A stretch of 24,000 nucleotides of DNA from Erysipelotrichia bacterium. Its GTDB lineage: Bacteria > Bacillota_I > Bacilli_A > Erysipelotrichales > Erysipelotrichaceae. The DNA lies in contig JAGXSD010000042.1 of NCBI GenBank assembly GCA_018333955.1, positions 10,629-34,628 of the forward strand, written 5' to 3'. The notes beneath the pieces are model-generated. The model saw only the letters and a program-made list of their open reading frames with translations. It ran no database searches and had not been told where the DNA came from. Numbering within the stretch: position 1 is the first letter of the stretch; each line of letters opens with the position of its first letter. The position numbers and the translations under genes were made by a program. This document shows positions 14,720 to 21,360 of the stretch, piece by piece.

Positions 14720-15505
14720 TTATGGTTGCATGGCCCCAAAGAGGACTAACCAAGCTAGGACTGATTTTGCGGCTAAAGAAAGCACAATGTAGGTTCTTTC
14801 CCCATACAAATAATCTTTCCATTTTCCAACACCTAAATATTGAAGAATCATGTTAATTGGGAATGTATTAAATGCTACAAAGTAAGTTCCAACAATCGCC
14901 CAAACAAACCAAGGAATTTGATCCAGTGTTGCACTTGATCCACTCATGTACATAATAATAGCAATCCATGGTGCTAATCCCGCAACACTACCCCAAATAA
15001 ATGGTCCCCAGTTGACATTCTTTTTATCGACTCCTGCATTCAGTAATTCCATATCTAATCCGAATAAGTTCATGGATGCATTGATTAGGAAGATTAAGAT
15101 GAGGGTCACCACATCATAAATACCAAATAATGTTGCGATTAATACAATCATAATGGATGATGATAATGCATATTCAAACCATCTGAATTGGTTTACACCA
15201 CGCTTTAAATCATTGGTATAACGATCTTTTGATAATACAATGAGAAAGTGAGCAAAAGCAGAAATCAGTAAGAATGATGAGACGAGGACTGCGAACGGTA
15301 AATCAAATAAATCTTTAGTGGCCACTGCTAGACTCATGGTGGTGACGTCAAAGAATTGATAGGTTTGTGTGATGGTTGGTGTAAAGCGTGCTAAACGTTC
15401 AAATCCAATCGTCGCTAGAAATAACATCCCTAATCCTTGAACTAAATGGAAGAAACCCATAATTAAATTAAATCGTCTTAGTTTGAAAAAATTGTCTTGA
15501 GTCAT
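14720..15505 (-). CDS. Heliorhodopsin (7-TM retinal-binding photoreceptor with inverted topology), 261 aa
   Basis: Blocks match the heliorhodopsin family as I recall HeR 48C12: GFFHLVQ, AFAHFLIV, FRWFEYALSSSIMIVLIA (counterion Glu), INASMNLFG, and GERTYIVLSLAAKSVLAW (Schiff-base Lys, codon 14767..14765). A KLRRF basic cluster precedes TM1. The start is ATG 15505, with AAGGAGAAGG 5 nt upstream. Confidence 0.9.
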   Translation of the reverse strand: MTQDNFFKLRRFNLIMGFFHLVQGLGMLFLATIGFERLARFTPTITQTYQFFDVTTMSLAVATKDLFDLPFAVLVSSFLLISAFAHFLIVLSKDRYTNDLKRGVNQFRWFEYALSSSIMIVLIATLFGIYDVVTLILIFLINASMNLFGLDMELLNAGVDKKNVNWGPFIWGSVAGLAPWIAIIMYMSGSSATLDQIPWFVWAIVGTYFVAFNTFPINMILQYLGVGKWKDYLYGERTYIVLSLAAKSVLAWLVLFGAMQP

Positions 15506-15530
15506 AACCTTCTCCTTTTCGGTTAAGACT

Positions 15531-15559
15531 ATTTTAGATGAAGTCATCCATGAAAACAA
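15531..15559 (-). promoter_or_regulatory. Candidate dedicated promoter of the heliorhodopsin gene
   Basis: Minus strand: -35 TTGTTT (15559..15554), 17-nt spacer, -10 TAAAAT (15536..15531). It is preceded by a short GTTAAG-GCA-CTTAAC hairpin (15574..15560) that overlaps the upstream stop codon. Confidence 0.45.
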
Positions 15560-15569
15560 GTTAAGTGCC

Positions 15570-16253
15570 TTAACTATTAAAAATCATTATTTTCATATCA
15601 AGTCCTTGTCTATTTTGATAAAAATCTTTCGGAATGTATGTCGCACCTTGATGATGAATAAGAAAAGCAGCACATGCCAATGACGTCGCATCAATGATAT
15701 CGAGATGGTAATACTGAGGAAAGGAATTTAGAGCATGTTCTAAATCTTCTTTCAACCAAGTAAAGTGATGAACTAAACAATCGATTCTTTCTTGTTTACC
15801 TAATGGATTATGTTTTGAGTATGTGCAAGGTTTCCCTTGTAGTCTTTCAAAGATGAGTTCTGGAAAGGATTCATGAATATTTAAGTGAGGATGTTTTAGT
15901 ACAAAATCATTCACTTCTCTAATAATAGGAATGATATGAAAAGATTGCTTGCTTAAGCCTTTTTTAAGAATATCTCTATTGATATGGTTTGCTTCCTCAT
16001 AACTTTGAGCATTTAAGGTTTGTAATGCGGGAACATTAAATACACTGGAGGCTCTTCCCTGAACCAGTTTTCTAATCAAAGGTTCAGGTCTTTGTTCGTT
16101 AGTTGAACTTGGACATCCAATCGGAACATCAATCAGAATTAGATCATTGTAATCATGAATGCTTTCTAATGACTTTTCTACTTTGATGATTAATCTTTGA
16201 TTTTGAATGATAGCAAGCATATATCCTTGTTTACATCCATCTATACCCATCAT
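15570..16253 (-). CDS. DUF429-family protein (predicted RNase-H-like fold), 227 aa
   Basis: MMGIDGCKQGY...LIDVPIG...RASSVFNVPA...SFHIIPIIREV...ESFPELIF fits the DUF429 pattern (GIDG.., D.PIG, SSVF..P, E.HPE..F). AGAGGTG lies 7 nt before ATG 16253; the track start at 16286 is less likely. Confidence 0.6.
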   Translation of the reverse strand: MMGIDGCKQGYMLAIIQNQRLIIKVEKSLESIHDYNDLILIDVPIGCPSSTNEQRPEPLIRKLVQGRASSVFNVPALQTLNAQSYEEANHINRDILKKGLSKQSFHIIPIIREVNDFVLKHPHLNIHESFPELIFERLQGKPCTYSKHNPLGKQERIDCLVHHFTWLKEDLEHALNSFPQYYHLDIIDATSLACAAFLIHHQGATYIPKDFYQNRQGLDMKIMIFNS

Positions 16254-16325
16254 AAGGGACACCTCTTGACTTGTGTAATTGTTCATGATTTAATAACCAC
16301 AGTATACTAGAAAAAGAGGTTGAAG

Positions 16326-16799
16326 ATGAATCAAATACTATATGGTGTAACTTTCACTTTATTAGGAATTTCTGCACTCAAAGATCTTAAAAAGACAAAA
16401 CAAGCCTTAATGAAAGCTTGGAAAGGATTTGAAGGAATGCTTCCTCAGATTCTTACGATTATCCTAGTTATTGGAATTATCATTGCGGTGTTATCTCCTG
16501 AACAGATTGCTTCAATTATGGGGGAACAATCAGGTTGGTGGGGAATTATGTTAGCTTCACTCATTGGAGCAATCACTTTAATGCCAGGATTCGTAGCCTT
16601 TCCACTTGCAGCTACATTACTTAATAACGGAGCAGGACTATCGCAAATCGCAGCTTTTATCTCTTCACTTATGATGGTTGGTTTTATTACCCTTCCACTT
16701 GAAATTCAACACTTTGGAAAGAAAGCTGCATTACTTCGCAATGGATTAGCATTCCTATTCTCATTTGTCGTTGCGATTTTGATTGGAGTTATACTATGA
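16326..16799 (+). CDS. Predicted permease, first subunit of a two-gene split permease (UPF0718/ArsP-like type)
   Basis: Hydrophobic 157 aa (LIGAITLMPGFVAFPLAATLLNNGAGLSQIAAFISS). Its stop overlaps the next start (ATGA at 16796). It resembles the two-component membrane permease pairs annotated in streptococci. Confidence 0.5.
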   Translation: MNQILYGVTFTLLGISALKDLKKTKQALMKAWKGFEGMLPQILTIILVIGIIIAVLSPEQIASIMGEQSGWWGIMLASLIGAITLMPGFVAFPLAATLLNNGAGLSQIAAFISSLMMVGFITLPLEIQHFGKKAALLRNGLAFLFSFVVAILIGVIL

Positions 16800-17335
16800 A
16801 GAAACAACCATTCATTAAACGATATCAATCTGTCATCATTATGATTGGAGTTTATACTATCCTTTATTTCATGTCAGCATCCATCTTTTCTACTGCCCTT
16901 AGTGGTTCAAGACAATCGCTTATTGAGTTATTAATTGTGGTGCCACCCATCTTTATTTTGATTGGACTACTTGATGTTTGGGTTGAAAAAGAGAAAATGA
17001 TGAAACTCATGGGTCCTGAGTCAAAAGGAACTGGCATCCTCATTGCCTTTTTACTCGGCTCACTTGCAGCTGGTCCACTGTATGCAGCATTTCCAGTGGC
17101 CATCACGCTTCTTAAGAAAGGATCTTCATTTAGAAACATTCTTGTGCTATTAGGAGCCTGGTCCACAACCAAGATTCCGATGTTGATGTTTGAATCTGCT
17201 TCAATGGGGTTAAACTTTACAATCACTCGCTTTATCATTAACTTGTTTGGGATTATGGCCATTGCATTAATCTCTGAAAAAGTGCTAAGTGAAAAAACAA
17301 TGATAAGTATTGGTGAGCGCTATAGTGAATCATAA
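16796..17335 (+). CDS. Predicted permease, second subunit of the split permease pair
   Basis: Hydrophobic 179 aa (LLGSLAAGPLYAAFPVAITLLKKGSSFRNILVLLGAWSTTKIPMLMFE), translationally coupled to the previous gene. Confidence 0.5.
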   Translation: MKKQPFIKRYQSVIIMIGVYTILYFMSASIFSTALSGSRQSLIELLIVVPPIFILIGLLDVWVEKEKMMKLMGPESKGTGILIAFLLGSLAAGPLYAAFPVAITLLKKGSSFRNILVLLGAWSTTKIPMLMFESASMGLNFTITRFIINLFGIMAIALISEKVLSEKTMISIGERYSES

Positions 17336-17341
17336 GGGTTT

Positions 17342-17371
17342 GGAAACAACACAAGTTGTTTCCTTTTTTTA
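17342..17371 (+). terminator. Rho-independent terminator
   Basis: GGAAACAAC-ACAA-GTTGTTTCC followed by TTTTTTT. Confidence 0.8.
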
Positions 17372-17419
17372 TTGTGTTAAGAGGTAAAACTTGTTAACAT
17401 AGGTTTTAGTGAGGTTCTT

Positions 17420-17953
17420 ATGAAAAAAATAGTATTGGGATTAATCTTTGTTCTGCTTAATTTTAATATTACTCTAGGTAATTCAGTGATTAATCTGATT
17501 CCTACATTTTTAGGGTATTTCTTCATTATGAATGCATGTGTGAGTTTGGCTGATAAGACATCAAATAATCGTTATCTTGAAACTAGAAAACTTGCATTAC
17601 TACTCTTTGTTATCAATCTATTCATCTATGCATTAGACTTACTAGGGCTAGGAGCAATTAATCCATTCTTCTCAGCAGTTGTTGGAATCTTAAATCTTGC
17701 CTTATCTTTATTCTTCTTACATCGTTTAACTCAAAGCATTACTGAAACATCTCAATTTGATTTATCTGAGGTTTGGATTAAAGAGATTAACTCAATCTTT
17801 AAGTGGATTGTTGTGTTAAGTATTGCGGGGACAATTTTGTTAATTGCGCCAATCTTTGCGTTGTTGGTGCTTGTCATCTCGATTGTATTTCATGTTCGCT
17901 ACATTTATAAACTGCATACCTTGAATCAAACACTTGATTCTCAATATCTATAA
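17420..17953 (+). CDS. Uncharacterised membrane protein (177 aa, about 5 TM)
   Basis: AGTGAGG RBS. The ORF is hydrophobic. I recognise no family. Confidence 0.55.
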   Translation: MKKIVLGLIFVLLNFNITLGNSVINLIPTFLGYFFIMNACVSLADKTSNNRYLETRKLALLLFVINLFIYALDLLGLGAINPFFSAVVGILNLALSLFFLHRLTQSITETSQFDLSEVWIKEINSIFKWIVVLSIAGTILLIAPIFALLVLVISIVFHVRYIYKLHTLNQTLDSQYL

Positions 17954-17957
17954 ACAT

Positions 17958-17990
17958 AAGGCGAGTCTTTCATGAAAGACTCGCCTTTTA
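17958..17990. terminator. Bidirectional hairpin between convergent genes
   Basis: AAGGCGAGTCTTTC-AT-GAAAGACTCGCCTT, a 14-bp stem followed by TTTTA. The trhO stop (17990..17988) abuts the stem. Confidence 0.7.
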
Positions 17991-18893
17991 CATTTCTAAA
18001 TTAAGTTTTACAGCATATCGATTACGTGGATGTTCACGACATGCTTGTGAACATGAGCCATAATGTTTTATTTCATTTTCTTCACTACAAATGATTTGCT
18101 TATTGCAATCAGGATTCGCGCAATTGATGTAGCGCTCACAAGGTTCACCTGTAAAGTAGTCCTTGCCGACAATCACATGTTCAACTCGATTAATTGGCAC
18201 ACTAATACGCTCATCAAAAACATAACATAAACCATCCCATAATTGACCTTGCACAACAGGATCTTGACCATAGGTTACAATCCCACCATGAAGTTGCGCA
18301 ACATCTTTAAATCCTTCTCGTTTTAACCAACCCGAGAACTTCTCACAACGGACTCCTCCGGTACAATACGTGATAATTCTCTTATCTTTGAACTCATCCT
18401 TATGTTCACGAATCCAATTTGGTAGTTCTCTAAACGTTTCAATTTCAGGACGAATGGCACCTTTAAAATGACCCAAGTCATATTCATACGTATTTCGTGC
18501 ATCAATGACGATGGTATTAGGATCTAATAATCGCTCATAAAATTCTTTGGGTTCTAGATACTCCCCTGTAAGTTCTAGTGGGTTCACATCATCTTCTAAT
18601 GAGAAATTCACGAGTTCATTCTTAATCTTAATCTTCATTTTTTTAAAGACATGGCGATCACTTGAATCAATTTTAAACACAATGCCTTTAAATAACATTG
18701 AGTCACTCATAGTTTTCATATAGGCTTGTGTATCCGCAAAAAGCCCTGAGACTGTCCCATTAATTCCTTCATGAGTGACATAAATGCGACCTAAAAGATT
18801 CAAAGAATGGCATAATTTCATATGTTCTTCTTTAAATGCGATAGGATCTTCGATATGTGTATAGTGATAATACAGTAGTATTTGATAATCCAT
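17988..18893 (-). CDS. trhO: Rhodanese-domain tRNA uridine(34) hydroxylase (UPF0176/YceA/TrhO family)
   Basis: [50 protein letters not shown], and active-site [10 protein letters not shown], followed by a C-terminal Cys-rich tail. The start is ATG 18893, with AAGAAGGGAAG upstream. Confidence 0.85.
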   Translation of the reverse strand: MDYQILLYYHYTHIEDPIAFKEEHMKLCHSLNLLGRIYVTHEGINGTVSGLFADTQAYMKTMSDSMLFKGIVFKIDSSDRHVFKKMKIKIKNELVNFSLEDDVNPLELTGEYLEPKEFYERLLDPNTIVIDARNTYEYDLGHFKGAIRPEIETFRELPNWIREHKDEFKDKRIITYCTGGVRCEKFSGWLKREGFKDVAQLHGGIVTYGQDPVVQGQLWDGLCYVFDERISVPINRVEHVIVGKDYFTGEPCERYINCANPDCNKQIICSEENEIKHYGSCSQACREHPRNRYAVKLNLEM

Positions 18894-18962
18894 ATTGACT
18901 TCCCTTCTTAACTTTCTAATTCTATCAATCAACGTCCAATAACTCAACTAAGACACATTATT

Positions 18963-18990
18963 CAAAATAAAAACCTCAAAATTGAGGTTA
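18963..18990 (-). terminator. Rho-independent terminator of the crtM operon
   Basis: Minus strand reads AACCTCAA-TT-TTGAGGTT followed by TTTATTTTG. The stop codon 18990..18988 lies in the stem. Confidence 0.6.
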
Positions 18991-19785
18991 GCGAACAAAG
19001 GTATGAATAAGTGGAGTAAATATGGAAATGGTAATCATATTTGATAGAAAATTGACCATATGATTATCCATCCAAACGACACCCGAAACAAGTATATCAT
19101 TGGAATGTTGCATCATCTCAACAAGTTCATGACTGGCGGTTTTAAACTTAGCTTGGAATAATTCTCCTAGAATTGAATCCATAATTGATCCACCAAATCC
19201 AGCAAGTGTGGTTAATGAAAACAATGTTAAAGTGAGAAATGTCCATCCCGAGTAAGAAACTAAGACAGGGAGTGCTATGAGTGTAATAAAGAGTGATCCA
19301 AACCAAGAAGCAATAAGCCCTAACCAAGTCACTCCACCAGATAAACCTGATTGAATATGATTGCGTTTGATAAGCGTCCAAGGGGTCTCATAGGATAATG
19401 AACCTATCTCTGATGCCCATGTGTCCGACGTTGCGGCAGCCATGGATATGATACCAAAACATAAAATCCAAATCGAAGGACTTAAGTAATACCAGACACT
19501 TGCAACCCCTAGCATACTTCCATTCGCCACAACATTCACCCAAGATCGTGGCTCATGATCTTTAACATAGGGTTTAATATTGGGTATAAATTGAACAAGC
19601 ACTTTGCTGATGAGTAATGATGAAAACAAGAATGACATCATCAAAATATAAAAGATTGGATGTCCAAATCCTAAGACAGTAAAACCAAGCACAAAAGAAG
19701 CAATCGCGCCTGAAAGAGTTAATTTATTCTTTATGAATAATCCCCAACTGATGAGAAGATTAAAAATCAATGAAAACAGAAGCAT
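18988..19785 (-). CDS. DUF92/TMEM19-family membrane protein (family of the plant VTE6 phytyl-phosphate kinase)
   Basis: VVANGS, SDTWASEIG, SGLSGGVTWLG and GFGGSIMDSILGELFQ match the DUF92 conserved blocks. Its start lies 1 nt after the upstream stop. Confidence 0.75.
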   Translation of the reverse strand: MLLFSLIFNLLISWGLFIKNKLTLSGAIASFVLGFTVLGFGHPIFYILMMSFLFSSLLISKVLVQFIPNIKPYVKDHEPRSWVNVVANGSMLGVASVWYYLSPSIWILCFGIISMAAATSDTWASEIGSLSYETPWTLIKRNHIQSGLSGGVTWLGLIASWFGSLFITLIALPVLVSYSGWTFLTLTLFSLTTLAGFGGSIMDSILGELFQAKFKTASHELVEMMQHSNDILVSGVVWMDNHMVNFLSNMITISIFTPLIHTFVR

Positions 19786-19786
19786 A

Positions 19787-20446
19787 TTACACCAACATCA
19801 ATAGATAGCTTAATAGTGAAGCACCTAAAGGTAAAGTAATATTATCAAACCCATCTTTAGTGTAAAGTTCAAGTGCTGCACTTACAACACCAACACAAAG
19901 TGCTTTGACACCCCACCATGCATCACCCATAGAAGCGAACACAAATCCTGAAATCGCGAAACCAAAGAAAAATACCATCAGAGATCCTTCAATGGATTTA
20001 AAACCAGATCCAATCTTAATCTTTGTATTTCCAAACTTCTCTCCCACAACCGCTGCAAAGCCATCACCATACCCCATGGTGAGTATTCCAATCGCTCCAA
20101 TGGCTTCTAATCCACGTGTGAAGGTCACAAGCGTTAAGATAAGCAAGGATATGACATAATACACCGTGCCTAAGTCTTTCTTTGAACCATCACGCTCCAT
20201 AGCTTTAAAGGTTTGATTTTTATATGAATACGTATTGATGATCACAAAAGCAGCTGGAGTAATGGCTGCCATCCAAACATTATCAAAAAAGAACATCGCA
20301 ATAAACCACCAATTCGACACCATAATATGAATAAACTTTCGTGAAGATTCTCCGTTGAAGATTTTCTTCGCAGAAAGTACAGTACTAATCCCAATAATCA
20401 CAAAGATATACGCAAATGAGACGATAAGACCATAAACATTATTCAT
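19787..20446 (-). CDS. CTP-dependent polyprenol kinase family protein (VTE5 phytol kinase / dolichol kinase / farnesol kinase family)
   Basis: SRKFIHI, GYGDGFAAVVGEKFGNTKI....FKSIEGSLMVFF and DNITLPLG are the family signature blocks. Its start overlaps the crtM stop (ATGA 20446..20443). Confidence 0.75.
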   Translation of the reverse strand: MNNVYGLIVSFAYIFVIIGISTVLSAKKIFNGESSRKFIHIMVSNWWFIAMFFFDNVWMAAITPAAFVIINTYSYKNQTFKAMERDGSKKDLGTVYYVISLLILTLVTFTRGLEAIGAIGILTMGYGDGFAAVVGEKFGNTKIKIGSGFKSIEGSLMVFFFGFAISGFVFASMGDAWWGVKALCVGVVSAALELYTKDGFDNITLPLGASLLSYLLMLV

Positions 20447-21303
20447 AAACTGAGTTGTGTCCTTTCTAAGGTTGCTTTTTTAATCAACTGATGAACTTGA
20501 TTTTGTAATGCAATGAAATCCTTAACTTTACAGCGCGTACTTAAACAATCATAGTGATTTTCTCTTACTGCATTAAGGATACCTCGATAGTATACAATAG
20601 CTTGCGTAATCGCAACAAGAGCATCTTGATCATAGTATTTCAAATCTTCAATCGCATGATCATAAAACTTAAGGGCTAAACTCGCAAGATGTTCCCACAC
20701 CTTTATGAATGAATCATTCACTTTCTTGTCTTGAATGGCATGAATAATCTCATCATTGAGGAGCGATTGCGGTAGATAAATTCTGTTTTTTTGATGATAA
20801 TCCTCACCAACATCACGTAGTATGTTCGTAATCTGCATAGCATATCCTAATTCAATGGCACTTTGTTCGATACGTTGATGATGTTGGGTTGCTAGTATTG
20901 GTAATAACATAAGTCCTACACTACTCGCCACATGATAACTATACTTTAATAATGCTTCTTCATCCTTGATGCCTTGAAAGTGGTTGTCCATTTCTTGACC
21001 AATAATCATATCTTTAAATGGTGTTAATGGAATATTAAAGCGTTGTATGGTATCTGACAAAGCCCATAATATCGGATGATTGTCATTCATGGATTCTAAG
21101 TGATCGAGTGCCGAAGCAAATTCATGAAGTTTGTCTATATCTTGAAGTTCATCTATTGCATCATCCACTTCACGACAAAAACCATACACTGCGAATACTC
21201 CTTGACGTTTATGAAGGGGTAGATCTTTAAACGCCATATAGAAGGATTTAGAGTGTTTTTGAATAATCTTTTCACATCGGTGATAGGCTTGACTCAATTT
21301 CAT
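20443..21303 (-). CDS. crtM: 4,4'-diapophytoene (dehydrosqualene) synthase, squalene/phytoene synthase family
   Basis: KHSKSFYMAF, VYGFCREVDDAID (first Asp-rich motif), and NILRDVGEDY (second). The size and blocks match S. aureus CrtM as I recall it. The C30 versus C40 assignment rests on the co-occurring CrtN/CrtP. Confidence 0.8.
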   Translation of the reverse strand: MKLSQAYHRCEKIIQKHSKSFYMAFKDLPLHKRQGVFAVYGFCREVDDAIDELQDIDKLHEFASALDHLESMNDNHPILWALSDTIQRFNIPLTPFKDMIIGQEMDNHFQGIKDEEALLKYSYHVASSVGLMLLPILATQHHQRIEQSAIELGYAMQITNILRDVGEDYHQKNRIYLPQSLLNDEIIHAIQDKKVNDSFIKVWEHLASLALKFYDHAIEDLKYYDQDALVAITQAIVYYRGILNAVRENHYDCLSTRCKVKDFIALQNQVHQLIKKATLERTQLSL

Positions 21304-21309
21304 ATCAAA

Positions 21310-21318
21310 AGTATAGCA
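21310..21318 (-). promoter_or_regulatory. Extended -10 TGcTATACT 6 nt upstream of the crtM ATG, a leaderless candidate
   Basis: Minus strand reads TGCTATACT-tttgat-ATG. No SD lies within 20 nt. Confidence 0.4.
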
Positions 21319-21323
21319 TAGCC

Positions 21324-21343
21324 CTTGTCTCTTGTCTTACAAT
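21324..21343 (+). promoter_or_regulatory. Tandem CTTGTCT-CTTGTCT repeat abutting -10-like TACAAT of crtN
   Basis: cCTTGTCTCTTGTCTTACAATagactcaGGAGAaatgtATG. The repeat occupies the spacer of crtN and the -35 area of crtM. Confidence 0.35.
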
Positions 21344-21360
21344 AGACTCAGGAGAAATGT

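Noticed and set aside
14720-15559. Reading the 7-TM protein as a type-1 (proteorhodopsin/xanthorhodopsin-like) pump, and using the long start at 15559
   Set aside because: No DTx/NDQ-type TM3 motif is present, and the conserved blocks match heliorhodopsin instead. The ATG at 15505 has a strong AAGGAGAAGG RBS, and the extra 18 residues are not hydrophobic or signal-like.
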